From NCBI GenBank assembly GCA_052148435.1, contig JBKQIF010000055.1, positions 3,309-67,308 on the forward strand: 64,000 bases of DNA, written 5' to 3'. Of this stretch, positions 39,133 through 48,194 are shown one piece after another. The translations under genes were made by a program, and so were the position numbers. Positions within the stretch are counted from its first letter, which is position 1, and the number at the start of each line of letters is the position of its first letter. Under the pieces are notes generated by a model, which saw only the letters and a list, made by a program, of their open reading frames with translations, ran no database searches and had not been told where the DNA came from. Source of the stretch: Bryobacteraceae bacterium (GTDB lineage Bacteria; Acidobacteriota; Terriglobia; Bryobacterales; Bryobacteraceae).

Positions 39133-40293
39133 ATGACCCGACGCGATCTTGGTAAGCTCGCCATGGCCAGCGCCGTGGCCGTTGAAACCGCGGCGGCCGC
39201 CGATACTTCCCCCTATACGGGCGCGCTCGACGGCTTCGAAAACAAAATCGATCCGTCCAGCTTCGACCCGGTGCTTTACACCCAAAACCTGCACGATGCC
39301 GCGCCTTTGCGGATGACTTTTCAGGCAACCTCGCGCGCGCGGGCCGAAGCCTGGCAGAAAGAGCTGCGCGAGAAAATCGCCGAGCTTGTGGGCGGTTTCC
39401 CCTCCCAGCGTACGCCCCTTCAGGCGCAGACCCTGGAAGTGAAAGAATACCCGGGCTACCGGCGCGAGAAGTTCATCTTCCAAAGCCGTCCCGGAGTGGA
39501 GGTGCTGGGATACCTGGTGACGCCCACCGCCGGCCGCGCTCCCCATCCCGCGGTGATCGCCATCCCCGGTCACGGCCGCGGTGTGGACGACATCGTGGGG
39601 ATTGACGACCATGGCCGCGACGGCACCGAGCGCGTCGGCTACGCCTACGATTACGCCTTGCAGATTGCCGAGCACGGAATGGCGGCGGTGGCCATCGAGC
39701 CCATGGCTTTCGGTTGCCGGCGCGACCCGGTCACCAGGTCGAGCGGGCTCTCCGCCACCGCCTGCCAGCCGGCAGCGGGCTCGGCGCTGCTGCTGGGGCA
39801 GACCATGATCGGCTGGCGCGTCTATGACACCATGCGCGCCATCGATTGGATCGCTACCCGGCCGGAGCTCGATAGCAGCCGCATCGGCTGTCTGGGCTGC
39901 TCGGGCGGGGGGACTTGCACGCTGTTTGCCGCCGCGCTCGATTCGCGCATTCGCGCCGCCCTGGTTTCGAGCTACCTGAATACGTTCCGCGAAAGCATTA
40001 TGCGGGTGTCGCACTGCATCGATAACTATGTTCCGGGCATCTTGAATTGGGCGGAAATGTACGACGTGGCCGGCTTGATCGCGCCGCGCCCGCTGTTTGC
40101 CGAATCCGGCCTGCGCGATCCCATTTTCCCCACCGCGGCCGCGCGCGAGAGCTTCGCCCGGGTTCAGAAAGTGTACGCCGTGTTCGGCGCGGAAGACCAG
40201 GTGGGACTGGAAGTTTTCGATGGCCCGCACAGTTTCCACGGCAAGCGGGGATTGCCGTTTCTGGCCGGTCACCTGGGCGTCGAAGCGCAGTAA
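39133..40293 (+). CDS. Alpha/beta hydrolase (dienelactone hydrolase / acetyl-xylan-esterase-like) with a Tat-like signal
   Basis: MTRRDLGKLAMASAVAVETAAAA signal, nucleophile elbow GCSGGG and a C-terminal catalytic His region (FDGPHSF). The upstream 30 codons of the track ORF are REP-derived. Confidence 0.7.
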   Translation: MTRRDLGKLAMASAVAVETAAAADTSPYTGALDGFENKIDPSSFDPVLYTQNLHDAAPLRMTFQATSRARAEAWQKELREKIAELVGGFPSQRTPLQAQTLEVKEYPGYRREKFIFQSRPGVEVLGYLVTPTAGRAPHPAVIAIPGHGRGVDDIVGIDDHGRDGTERVGYAYDYALQIAEHGMAAVAIEPMAFGCRRDPVTRSSGLSATACQPAAGSALLLGQTMIGWRVYDTMRAIDWIATRPELDSSRIGCLGCSGGGTCTLFAAALDSRIRAALVSSYLNTFRESIMRVSHCIDNYVPGILNWAEMYDVAGLIAPRPLFAESGLRDPIFPTAAARESFARVQKVYAVFGAEDQVGLEVFDGPHSFHGKRGLPFLAGHLGVEAQ

Positions 40294-40805
40294 TCGAACA
40301 GCAGTTGCCACTCGGCGCGCTGAACTTCGAGCGCCTGCCGCTCCATGGCCGAGCCGGTTTGGTTCCGCGCCTTTTCGCAGAAGCCGATGAAGGCGATCGG
40401 GTCCCACTCCGGGCCGAACTCGACGCCGATCCGGGCCGCCGCGGCGCGCAAGGCCGGAAAAATCGCGTGCCGGCCGGTCTGCCGGAACCAGTATCCGGAA
40501 TTCGAGGCGTCCGGTTCCTGGCGGTGCACGATGGCGTGCCAGTAGCTGCCCTCCGCGCCGTGGATGTCCTGGGCGACCCGGTGGGCGTCCTCCCAACAGG
40601 AAAAATACAGGAAGAGCCCGGCCAGAGCGGCCTCGGGAGCGCGCGCGCCGCCGAACACCTCGCCGGCCTTCCATTGCCGCAATCGCCGCCGGACCTCTTC
40701 GGACGAACACGACGGCGCGGCCAGCGGCATCAGGCGGTTGCCGTTACCATCGAGGATCAGCAGCGCCTCCACGGTTTCACCGTAACGTGAGGAATCGAAC
40801 GCCAT
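40269..40805 (-). CDS. Conserved hypothetical protein
   Basis: 178-aa ORF with ordinary composition and high GC3. It overlaps the hydrolase 3' end convergently by 25 nt. I recognise no motif. Confidence 0.5.
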   Translation of the reverse strand: MAFDSSRYGETVEALLILDGNGNRLMPLAAPSCSSEEVRRRLRQWKAGEVFGGARAPEAALAGLFLYFSCWEDAHRVAQDIHGAEGSYWHAIVHRQEPDASNSGYWFRQTGRHAIFPALRAAAARIGVEFGPEWDPIAFIGFCEKARNQTGSAMERQALEVQRAEWQLLFDYCASTPR

Positions 40806-40886
40806 AGCTTCCGTCTGCGTTAGAGTTTACAACAAAGTGGACAAACCATCGCCTTCGCGGCCTGCCATGGCTCCCTCCAGGCGCTT

Positions 40887-40919
40887 GACAGACGACGAAA
40901 GGCGATCGTCCACCCCACC
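40887..40919. repeat. REP family C copy
   Basis: GACAGACGACGAAAGGCGATCGTCCACCCCACC lies in the 5' leader of the aroD-aroE fusion gene. Confidence 0.6.
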
Positions 40920-40992
40920 CGGCCCGGGGGGTCGGGTAAATTCCGGCGGGCGGCCCGCCGCCGGTATGATATTCTGGAGATCCCTACGTACG

Positions 40993-42498
40993 ATGCCGCC
41001 AAACAGGACGCTCCCGCGCATTTGCATTGCGCTGGGTCTGCCCGATGTTCCAAACTTGTTAGCCCACGCCCGGCGCGAAGCTGAGGCCGGCGAGACCTTC
41101 CTCGAGTTCCGTCTGGACTTCCTGGATGCGCCGGCGGCGGGCGCGGCCGCCATCGCCGACTTCCTGCGCGACTTCCCGGATACTTGTATCCTCGCCACCT
41201 GCCGCCGCCATCAGAATCATGGCAGATTCAACGGCAGCATCGAGGAACAGCTCGCCATTCTGGAGCAGGCGATCGGTTCGGGCGCCCAGGCCATCGACGT
41301 GGAAATCGAAACCGCGGAGGCTTGCGAGGAGCGCGTGTCGCAGTTCCGCAGCAGCGCGCTGGTGGTGGTGTCGTATCACAACTTCGAGGCCACGCCGCCC
41401 ATGGATACCGTGGCCGGCCGCGTGCTCGGCGTGCGCGCCGACGTGTATAAGCTGGTCACCACCGCGCGCAAACCCTCCGACAACGTTCGGGTTCTGGCGG
41501 CGGCGCGCGGCCTCCCGCGGCAGAAACTGGTCGTGCTGGCCATGGGCGACCTGGGATTTCCCACCCGCGTGCTGTCGCCCGTGTTCGGCGGCTGTTTTAC
41601 GTATGCCGCGCCCATGGCGATCGAAGGCACGGCTCCCGGGCAAGCCACCGCGCGCGTGTTACGCTCCGTCTATCACGTCGAGAAACTCGCCCGGAGCGCC
41701 AAGATCTACGGCGTGATCGCCGACCCCATCCGCCATTCCATTTCTCCCGCCGTCCTGAACCGCGCCTTTCAGTCGCGCCGAATCGATGCCGTCTACCTCC
41801 CGTTTCTGGTCACGCCCACCTATCTGCGCGATTTCTTTTCGCTGGCGTCCAAACTCCCCGTGGCCGGTTTCAGCGTCACCATTCCGCACAAGCAGAAGAT
41901 CATCCGGTACCTGGACGCGGTCGAGCCGCTGGCCAAACGCATCGGCGCGGTGAACACGGTATGGCGCAAGGCCGGCAAGTGGCGTGGCGCCAATACCGAC
42001 GTAGCGGGCATCACGCTTCCCCTGGCGCGCGTACTGCGCCTGGCCAAGTCCTCGGTGCTGGTGGTGGGAAACGGCGGCGCGGCGCGCGGTGCGGCCTTTG
42101 CGCTGTCCGATGCCGGGGCCAGGCTCGCCATCACCGGACGCAACCCCGACCGGGTGCGGGCCCTGGCCAAGATCTGTGCCGCCGAACCATTGCTGCGCGA
42201 ACAGTTGAACGGCCGCAAATTCGATGTGGTGGTACATGCCACGCCGCTCGGCATGTTCCCGCACGTCGACGAATGTTTCTTTGACGGCGCGATCCCCGGC
42301 GAAGTGGTTTTCGACATGGTCTACAATCCTATGGAGACGGTTCTGTTGAAGCATGCGCGCGAACAGGGTAAGGCGGTGATACCCGGTGTGGAGATGTTCG
42401 TGGAGCAGGCGGTGCGCCAGTTCGAGTTGTGGACCGGCGAAACGGCTCCCCGCCAGGCCATGCTCAAAGCCGCCATGGAGGCACTGGAGCACAAATGA
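40993..42498 (+). CDS. Bifunctional 3-dehydroquinate dehydratase (type I) / shikimate 5-dehydrogenase
   Basis: N-terminal half ICIALG...FLEFRLDFL...AIDVEIE...VVSYHNFE (AroD type I). C-terminal half YGVIADPIRHSISPAVLNRAF...FSVTIPHKQ...NTDVAG...VVGNGGAARG (AroE). The ATG at 40993 removes a REP-derived extension. Confidence 0.88.
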   Translation: MPPNRTLPRICIALGLPDVPNLLAHARREAEAGETFLEFRLDFLDAPAAGAAAIADFLRDFPDTCILATCRRHQNHGRFNGSIEEQLAILEQAIGSGAQAIDVEIETAEACEERVSQFRSSALVVVSYHNFEATPPMDTVAGRVLGVRADVYKLVTTARKPSDNVRVLAAARGLPRQKLVVLAMGDLGFPTRVLSPVFGGCFTYAAPMAIEGTAPGQATARVLRSVYHVEKLARSAKIYGVIADPIRHSISPAVLNRAFQSRRIDAVYLPFLVTPTYLRDFFSLASKLPVAGFSVTIPHKQKIIRYLDAVEPLAKRIGAVNTVWRKAGKWRGANTDVAGITLPLARVLRLAKSSVLVVGNGGAARGAAFALSDAGARLAITGRNPDRVRALAKICAAEPLLREQLNGRKFDVVVHATPLGMFPHVDECFFDGAIPGEVVFDMVYNPMETVLLKHAREQGKAVIPGVEMFVEQAVRQFELWTGETAPRQAMLKAAMEALEHK

Positions 42499-42731
42499 CC
42501 GGTTCCTCTCGCGGCGCGAAATTCACCCGCCGGAAATGGGCGGCTGCCCTGGCTCCCGCCGTCCTGTCTTCCGCCCTGCGGGCCCAAAATCCCGCTCCTT
42601 CCGCCGATTCCCCGGCCGGCCCCGGCGAAGAGTTGCGCATCGCGCGCGAACGGATCCGCAACAATGCCGACGCCTTGGCTAAAGTCAAGCTCCCCATGGC
42701 CACCGAACCGGCATTCTGGTTCAAGGTCTGA
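42495..42731 (+). CDS. Small Tat-signal protein (78 aa), possible amidase partner subunit
   Basis: The ATG overlaps the aroDE stop (ATGA). The N-terminus MTGSSRGAKFTRRKWAAALAPAVLSSALRAQ carries a twin-arginine motif. The gene ends 6 nt before the amidase gene. Confidence 0.6.
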   Translation: MTGSSRGAKFTRRKWAAALAPAVLSSALRAQNPAPSADSPAGPGEELRIARERIRNNADALAKVKLPMATEPAFWFKV

Positions 42732-42737
42732 CGCGCT

Positions 42738-44168
42738 ATGGCAGCGCCTGACAACGACGTTTTCTTCGCCACCATCAAGCAGCTCAATCAGCGCCTGTTG
42801 GCGCGGGAATTCTCCGCCGTAGAACTGGCCCGCGCCTTCGCTTTGCGCCTCGAACAGCTCGGCCCGCGCTACAACGCGCTCGCGCTGCCCCTCGTTAAGG
42901 ACGCCATCCGCCAGGCGAAGGCTGTCGATGGCGACCTCAAACGCGGACGTCTGCGCGGCCCCCTGCAAGGCATTCCTTACGCCGTGAAGGACCTGCTGAG
43001 CTACGCCGGACAACCCACCACATGGGGCGCCAAACCTTACGCCGGCCAGGTCTTCGACTTCAACGCCACGGTGATCGACAAGCTGGCCGGTGTGGGCGCC
43101 ATTCTGGCCGGCAAGCTTTCCATGGTGGAACTGGCCGGCGGCGGCGGATACCGCTACGCCTCCGCTTCGCTGTTTGGCCCGGGCCTCAATCCCTGGGATC
43201 GCGGCCGCTGGTCGGGCGGTTCCTCCAGCGGTTCGGCGGCAGCCGTGGCGGCGGGATTGGTGCCGTTCGCTCTCGGCTCGGAAACTTCCGGCTCCATCGT
43301 CACTCCCGCTTCTTTCTGCGGCGTGACCGCCCTCCGGCCCACCTACGGCCTGGTGAGCCGCCACGGCGCCATGGCGCTTTCCTGGACCCTCGATAAACTC
43401 GGTCCTTTTGCCCGCAGCGCCGAGGATTGCGGCTTGATTCTGGAAGCCATCGCCGGCAAAGACGGCAAGGACCCCGGCTCGGCCGGCAAATCGTTTTATT
43501 ACACGCCCCAGTACGCCAGGCCGGTCAGCGAACTTCGCATCGGTTACTCCCCGGGCGATTTCAGCGAGCGCGCCGACGCCGCCGCGCGCGACGCTTTCGC
43601 CGCCGCCATTCAAGTTCTGAAAGACGCGGGCGCACAACTCCAGGAAACCTCTCTGCCCGAGTTTCCTTACGGTGCCACCCTTTCCACCATTCTTTCCGCC
43701 GAACAGGGCGCCGTCTTCGAGCCGCTCATTACCAGCGGCCAGGTCGACCAACTGGCCGACCAGGCTCAGATTGCCGGCCTCAAAGCCAGCCTCGATACAT
43801 CCGCCAAAGACTATCTGAAGGCCATGCGTGTGCGCCGCCTGATCCAGACCGAAATCGGGCATTTGTTCGGCCGGGTGGATGCGCTCGTCGCGCCCGGACG
43901 CTCCGCTCCCGCCCCGAAGATCGACCAGCCGCTCTCCGGCCGCACCGCCGCCGTCTCCGCGGCGCCACAGCCCGGCATGAGCGCTATCGTTCAGGCCGGC
44001 AACCTGGCGGGACTCCCCGCTCTGGTTCTGCCCTGCGGCTTCGCCAGCGGCCTTCCCCTGGCCCTGCAAGTGGTGGGCGCGCCATTCTCGGAAAACACGC
44101 TGCTGGCCGTCGGCAACGAGTTTCAGACCCGCACCGGCTGGCACCAGAAAAGACCGCCCGGGGTATAG
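42738..44168 (+). CDS. Amidase-signature (GatA-like) family amidase
   Basis: GPLQGIPYAVKDL and GGSSSGSAAAVAAGLVPFALGSETSGSIVTPASFCG (AS signature, Ser-cisSer-Lys). No N-terminal signal peptide. Confidence 0.9.
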   Translation: MAAPDNDVFFATIKQLNQRLLAREFSAVELARAFALRLEQLGPRYNALALPLVKDAIRQAKAVDGDLKRGRLRGPLQGIPYAVKDLLSYAGQPTTWGAKPYAGQVFDFNATVIDKLAGVGAILAGKLSMVELAGGGGYRYASASLFGPGLNPWDRGRWSGGSSSGSAAAVAAGLVPFALGSETSGSIVTPASFCGVTALRPTYGLVSRHGAMALSWTLDKLGPFARSAEDCGLILEAIAGKDGKDPGSAGKSFYYTPQYARPVSELRIGYSPGDFSERADAAARDAFAAAIQVLKDAGAQLQETSLPEFPYGATLSTILSAEQGAVFEPLITSGQVDQLADQAQIAGLKASLDTSAKDYLKAMRVRRLIQTEIGHLFGRVDALVAPGRSAPAPKIDQPLSGRTAAVSAAPQPGMSAIVQAGNLAGLPALVLPCGFASGLPLALQVVGAPFSENTLLAVGNEFQTRTGWHQKRPPGV

Positions 44169-44170
44169 CG

Positions 44171-44237
44171 GGGTGGCACAGGCTTGAGCCTGTGAGAAGT
44201 GCGCAAACTCCAGACACAGGCTGAAGCCTGCGCCACC
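44171..44237. repeat. REP family A, double copy
   Basis: GGGTGGCACAGGCTTGAGCCTGTG ... CACAGGCTGAAGCCTGCGCCACC: two hairpin units in inverted orientation between the amidase and the integrase. Confidence 0.7.
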
Positions 44238-44332
44238 ACAGTCCTTGACAGGCCGGGTGGCCCGTTTACGGTGGGATAATGGCCGCTTATACCGTAGTAC
44301 CCACCTGAGTACCCATTGAGGCTTCGGCTTGC

Positions 44333-45325
44333 GTGTCGCCGGTTAGCCTCATTGGAATGCCCACTTCCCCCAGACACGCGCACGTGGAGTTCTCCGCTCC
44401 CGTGCTGGCCGAGATCGAGGCGCGTCGGCAGTGCTTTAGGCACGCCGGACTGGCGCGCCGCACCGTCTCCTGCTACGAGTCGGATTGGCGCACCTTCCGC
44501 ACCTGGTGCGCGGCGGCGGGGCGCACGGCGTTGCCGGCGTCGCCCGATACCGTCGAGCTGTACGTGGTCGACCTGATCGGCCGCGGCCGCAGGATCGCCA
44601 CCGTAAGCCGCCACGCGAGCGCGATTCAGCATTTTCACCGGGGCGCGGCCTGCCCCAACCCCTGCGGGCTGGAATTCCACGAGCTGCTCGCCGGCGCCAG
44701 GCGCACGCTCTGCGAAATGCCGATCCGCAAGGACGCGCTTTCGGTGCGGGACCTGCGGCGCATCGTGGCCGATATCGGTAACGGCACGGCGATCCGCGCC
44801 CGCAACGGCGCCCTGCTGCTGCTGGGATTCGCCACCGCGTTGCGCCGGTCGAGCCTCTCGCGGCTTCTCGCCGAGGACCTCAGCTTCGAGCCGCAGGGAG
44901 TACGCATCGCCATCCGCCACGAAAAGCAGGACCGCAAGGGCGAAGGGCGAGTGGTCAGCGTGCCGTACGGCAAGCACGCGGAAACGTGCCCCGTGCGGGC
45001 ACTGGAGCGCTGGCTCGGCTACCGCAGCGATGCACCCGGCCCGCTGTTCTGCCACGTCCTGCACGGCCGGATCGTTTTCGAACGGCTGCGGGGCAATCGC
45101 ATCTGCCAGATCGTGCAGGCGAGCGTTTCCGCCATTGGCCTCGATCCCAAGAGGTACGGATGCCACTCGCTGAGGGCTGGATTCGTGAGCGAAGGGATGG
45201 AGCGAGGCCTCGACCAGTTCGCCATCGCGAGACAGACGGGACACCGGAGCCTGCGGACACTGGCGGTCTACATGCGCTCGCGCAACCCCTTGCGGGGGAA
45301 TGCCTGCGCGGCCATCGGTTTGTGA
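44333..45325 (+). CDS. Tyrosine-type site-specific recombinase (phage integrase)
   Basis: N-terminal SAM-like domain (TVSCYESDWRTFRTWC...). Catalytic region with LLLLGFATALRRSSL (Arg), HSLRAGF (H-x-x-R) and GHRSLRTLAVYMR (His...Tyr). GTG start; alternative ATG at 44357. Confidence 0.88.
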   Translation: MSPVSLIGMPTSPRHAHVEFSAPVLAEIEARRQCFRHAGLARRTVSCYESDWRTFRTWCAAAGRTALPASPDTVELYVVDLIGRGRRIATVSRHASAIQHFHRGAACPNPCGLEFHELLAGARRTLCEMPIRKDALSVRDLRRIVADIGNGTAIRARNGALLLLGFATALRRSSLSRLLAEDLSFEPQGVRIAIRHEKQDRKGEGRVVSVPYGKHAETCPVRALERWLGYRSDAPGPLFCHVLHGRIVFERLRGNRICQIVQASVSAIGLDPKRYGCHSLRAGFVSEGMERGLDQFAIARQTGHRSLRTLAVYMRSRNPLRGNACAAIGL

Positions 45326-45732
45326 GCCTGTCTCCGTTGAGATGTCCACCCGTGCTAAAGAGTGGGGGCCGGCCGTGTTAGCACGGCGCGTTTGGGACGC
45401 GCCCACGGCAGACCCTCGCAATCCTTGAAACCAGCCGATGGCGTTGCAACACCAGCGGCCAAAGACAGAGTACCGCGACGACGCGCCGCGCGCAAGCCCC
45501 TCGCGAGTGCTTGCCTTCTCCCGCGTCGATCGGCGATAATCGGAGCCAAACATAGAGAGAAGAACAGCCGCGGCGGTCACATTCGGAGCGACCGCCGCAC
45601 CCCTTTCAATCTCGATCAAACTCGGGTAACATACCGTCAAAACCCAGTTTCTTAGTCTATCTCCCCGATTCGCAGAGTTGTAAACTGGTCAAAATTGCAC
45701 ACTGGAAAGCGCGCGGAACGATGGACGCGAAC

Positions 45733-46050
45733 TTACGCGGCGTCCTGGCGCAGTTGCCGCATGGTGGCGCAATACGGGTGATCGCACGGGCAGCCGGCGG
45801 CGTGGGAGACGCTCGACACGGCGATGCCGGCGAGCACGCCGGGATTGAGGATCGCCCACCGTGCCAGATCGACGCGGTTGCCCATGCCCAGGCGCTCCAG
45901 AAAGCGGCCTACATGGGCTTTCACGGTGTGTTCGGTGATGCCGAGTTGAGCCGCGATCTCTTTGTTTGGCCTGCCCTGCGAAACGCCGATCAGCACGTCG
46001 CACTCGCGCGCCGAGAGCTGTGTCAGAGCCACCGGGGCGCGCGGGTCCAC
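45733..46050 (-). CDS. LuxR/FixJ-type HTH regulator (stand-alone), candidate prophage repressor; start uncertain
   Basis: LSARECDVLIGVSQGRPNKEIAAQLGITEHTVKAHVGRFLERLGMGNRVDLARWA is a GerE/LuxR HTH, and the C-terminal tail is Cys/His-rich (HAAGCPCDHPYC). The GTG at 46050 is preferred because codons upstream (to ATG 46149) are A/T3-rich, unlike the rest of the genome. Confidence 0.65.
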   Translation of the reverse strand: MDPRAPVALTQLSARECDVLIGVSQGRPNKEIAAQLGITEHTVKAHVGRFLERLGMGNRVDLARWAILNPGVLAGIAVSSVSHAAGCPCDHPYCATMRQLRQDAA

Positions 46051-46161
46051 GCGAAATTGCCTCACTCTCCCCGCATTTTGGTGAGCACCTAAAGTACCTG
46101 TCTTATATCGTACTAAATACGGATTTTTTTCTCTGAAATCGACGCGCATTCTTAAGAAAGG
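46051..46161. promoter_or_regulatory. A/T-rich divergent control region between the LuxR-type regulator and the rightward early operon
   Basis: This is locally the most A/T-rich stretch of the element. It contains AGTAC-N12-GTACT (46093-46114) and the RBS AAGAAAGG just before ATG 46162. Confidence 0.4.
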
Positions 46162-46383
46162 ATGATTCCTTCCCTCTTGACTCCGTCCCCGAATTCCAGC
46201 GCGATCGCGCAACACGGTTACGACGCCGAGAGCAAAACCGCGCGGATCGAATTCCGCGGCGGCCGAATCCACGAGTTCCCCGGCGTCGAGCCGACGGAGT
46301 ACGAAGCCTTCGCCGCCGCGCCTTCGTTGGGCAAACACTTCCACCAGCAGTGGCGCGGCCGAGATCACAGGAGGATCGCTTGA
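46162..46383 (+). CDS. KTSC domain-containing small protein
   Basis: SAIAQHGYDAESKTARIEFRGGRIHEFPGVEPTEYEAFAAAPSLGKHF follows the KTSC pattern (I..v.Yd....L.V.F..G..Y.Y..VP...Y..f..A.S.G..F). Confidence 0.65.
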   Translation: MIPSLLTPSPNSSAIAQHGYDAESKTARIEFRGGRIHEFPGVEPTEYEAFAAAPSLGKHFHQQWRGRDHRRIA

Positions 46384-46808
46384 TCGTTCCGGAACTAACC
46401 GACGAGCAACGCGCATTGGTGGACGAGTACGCCGAGGTGCGCAAGCTCGTGAAGTCATGGCAGCCGAACGTCAATCCGCACATGGCGCGGTTCCTGGCGC
46501 TGGGCGCGGCCATTCAGAGCTGGCTTGAAAACTTGCCGGCGGACCAGGAGATCGTGGCCACGGGTTACCTGTACGATCTGCCGTTGACGGCGCGGCGCAA
46601 GAGCCGCAGCCTGATTCGTGTCACGCGGCTCTACAAGAGGCTCGGCATCCAGTGGGTGATTGAGCACTGCCGGCCCACGCTCGCGGACGTGGAGCACGCG
46701 ATCCCGGCGGGAGAGCGCGCGACCTTTATTCGCGAAACGCGGGACGGCCCGCGCGCGATAGGCGAGCCTGTCTGGCCGGAGCGTCAGGCGCGGAGCAAAG
46801 CCGCATAG
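46380..46808 (+). CDS. Hypothetical phage protein
   Basis: The TTG start overlaps the upstream stop (TTGA) and follows the AGGAGGA RBS at 46369-46375. GC3-rich codons. No recognised motif. Confidence 0.5.
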   Translation: MIVPELTDEQRALVDEYAEVRKLVKSWQPNVNPHMARFLALGAAIQSWLENLPADQEIVATGYLYDLPLTARRKSRSLIRVTRLYKRLGIQWVIEHCRPTLADVEHAIPAGERATFIRETRDGPRAIGEPVWPERQARSKAA

Positions 46809-46873
46809 CAGCGGCGCAGCCTGGCGGAGCGGGCTCAAAACTACCCCGGTCTCGTAACACACACAGGAGAACC

Positions 46874-47227
46874 ATGTCCGAGCGCGTCCCGGTGTTTTGC
46901 GGTCCGTATTGCATCGAGCTGGCCGATGCGGCGCGAGTGAAGTGGCTGGCGAAGGCGCCGAACGCAAGGCTGATACGGCGGCGCAAGGACCATGCCGTCG
47001 TGGAGATCCAATTGGCGGAAGCCGGCGACGATTCGAAGAAGCGGGAGAGACAGGGGAACCCGGCGCGCTACTCCTTCGACAGCGAAACGGCGGACAATCC
47101 GGCGAAGGTGTGGACGCTAAAGCATCTCGCCGTGGACACCGCTCCTATTTTTCGCAGCGCGGTAGCCGAGTGCGGGGCCACCCTGCGCTGGCGCCGGCAG
47201 GTATTTCGGGCGCCGGAGGCGGCATGA
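46874..47227 (+). CDS. Hypothetical phage protein
   Basis: The ATG is preceded by an AGGAGA RBS, and the stop overlaps the next start (ATGA). No recognised motif. Confidence 0.55.
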   Translation: MSERVPVFCGPYCIELADAARVKWLAKAPNARLIRRRKDHAVVEIQLAEAGDDSKKRERQGNPARYSFDSETADNPAKVWTLKHLAVDTAPIFRSAVAECGATLRWRRQVFRAPEAA

Positions 47228-47382
47228 ACAGAGACACGGCAAGCACGCTCGCCGGGGGCGCGGCGGGGTTCGTGCTGCTGCAAACGGTGCGCTGGGAAGC
47301 GATCGCGCACGGCGAGCCGCTCAAGGTGGTAGTGGCTCTGACGCTGATCGGGGCGGGCATCTGGTTGTATTGGGGAGAGTGA
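47224..47382 (+). CDS. Small membrane protein (52 aa)
   Basis: Two hydrophobic segments (LAGGAAGFVLLQTV, VVVALTLIGAGIWLYW). Translationally coupled on both sides. Confidence 0.5.
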   Translation: MNRDTASTLAGGAAGFVLLQTVRWEAIAHGEPLKVVVALTLIGAGIWLYWGE

Positions 47383-48003
47383 ATGGGGGCGCCTGCGATG
47401 AAGGCTGACAGCGACGAGGGAGTGCATTGGACTCGTGCCACCGCCATCGGTCTGGCGCGGGCCACCTGCGTCCATTGCCGGGGAGCGGGCACGCGGCTGA
47501 TCCGCGAGACGCGGGAAGTGCCGTGCGCTTGCGTCTTCCGCGGCATTTTCCGGGCTTGCTACAACCGTTTCCGGGAGTGCGTGGAGTTGGGCGCGCACAC
47601 GGGCACGGTTTCCTGGGATCGCCTGGGCGGGAAGACCGGGCGCCGTTATTATTCCCGGAAAAAGGAAGAATACGCGGCCGATTTTTGCCTGGTGAGCCGG
47701 CGGGCTTTGACGGAAGCGGAGTACGCGCTTTTCCGGTATCATTTTCTGCTGGGCGCCGACTGGCGCCTCTGTTGCCGGCAATTGAAGATCGACCGCGGCA
47801 CTTTCTTCCATGAGGTTTACCGGATCGAACAACTGCTGGGCCGGACATTCGCCGAGCTGCAGCCGTACGCTCTCTACCCTGTCAGCGAGTACTTCGCCGG
47901 AGTGATGGAAAACGTGGCGGAGGCTCCGCCAGGGGGCACGGGCCTGCTGGGCCGGAGGGAGACTGACTTTTTCCCGGGTTGGGGCGCGGCGGGGCTGCGA
48001 TGA
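47383..48003 (+). CDS. Hypothetical phage regulatory-like protein (Cys cluster plus sigma-70 region-4-like HTH)
   Basis: CVHCRGAG...PCAC cluster, then LTEAEYALFRYHFLLGADWRLCCRQLKIDRGTFFHEVYRIEQLLG resembling a region-4/ECF-type HTH. The start abuts the previous stop. Confidence 0.5.
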   Translation: MGAPAMKADSDEGVHWTRATAIGLARATCVHCRGAGTRLIRETREVPCACVFRGIFRACYNRFRECVELGAHTGTVSWDRLGGKTGRRYYSRKKEEYAADFCLVSRRALTEAEYALFRYHFLLGADWRLCCRQLKIDRGTFFHEVYRIEQLLGRTFAELQPYALYPVSEYFAGVMENVAEAPPGGTGLLGRRETDFFPGWGAAGLR

Positions 48004-48194
48004 GCCCGCAATGGATTCCTGGTGTGGTAGCCGGCATCGGATTGCTGGCCAACGCGGTGTGGACGGCGGCCAACGTGCGGCAGGAAGGCCGGCTCGAGAG
48101 GCAGTTCGCCGAGCTGAAGGAATGGATGGGGCGGGAGTACGTGGCCGAGCGGATTTGCATGCTGCGGATGAGGAGGGGAGCTTGCCAGGACTAA
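48000..48194 (+). CDS. Small membrane protein (64 aa)
   Basis: The ATG overlaps the upstream stop (ATGA). N-terminal TM IPGVVAGIGLLANAVWTAA followed by a charged helix. Confidence 0.5.
   Translation: MSPQWIPGVVAGIGLLANAVWTAANVRQEGRLERQFAELKEWMGREYVAERICMLRMRRGACQD

Noticed and set aside
39004-40710. 568-aa minus-strand ORF
   Set aside because: Antisense to the alpha/beta hydrolase gene, with Arg/Gly/Ala shadow composition.
44245-44300. TTGACA ... GATAAT and TTTACG-N17-TATACC promoter-like hexamers upstream of the integrase
   Set aside because: The first pair is spaced 24 nt apart, too far for sigma-70. The second has weak hexamers. Acidobacterial promoter consensus is poorly known, so this is not reported as a feature.
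42321-45640. 607-aa (42321-44144) and 505-aa (44123-45640) minus-strand ORFs
   Set aside because: Antisense to the amidase and integrase genes respectively. No motifs, shadow composition.
45326-45732. Small ORFs 45355-45549(-) and 45362-45655(+) in the 400-bp gap after the integrase gene (searched for an excisionase)
   Set aside because: Both are Arg/Ala/Pro-rich with no HTH pattern and overlap each other antisense. The region does contain hairpins (CCGTGCTAA-N19-TTAGCACGG at 45350-45386; GGCGCG-N7-CGCGCC at 45385-45403) that look like integrase terminators. I have no evidence for a gene.
46051-46458. Longer versions of the leftward LuxR-type ORF (starts at 46149 or 46458)
   Set aside because: Codons between 46066 and 46149 are A/T3-rich (AGA, GAA, AAA, AAT, TAT, TTA, GTA...), unlike genuine genes here. 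The stretch above 46162 overlaps the KTSC gene on the opposite strand. A 12-nt divergent spacer would leave no room for promoters.
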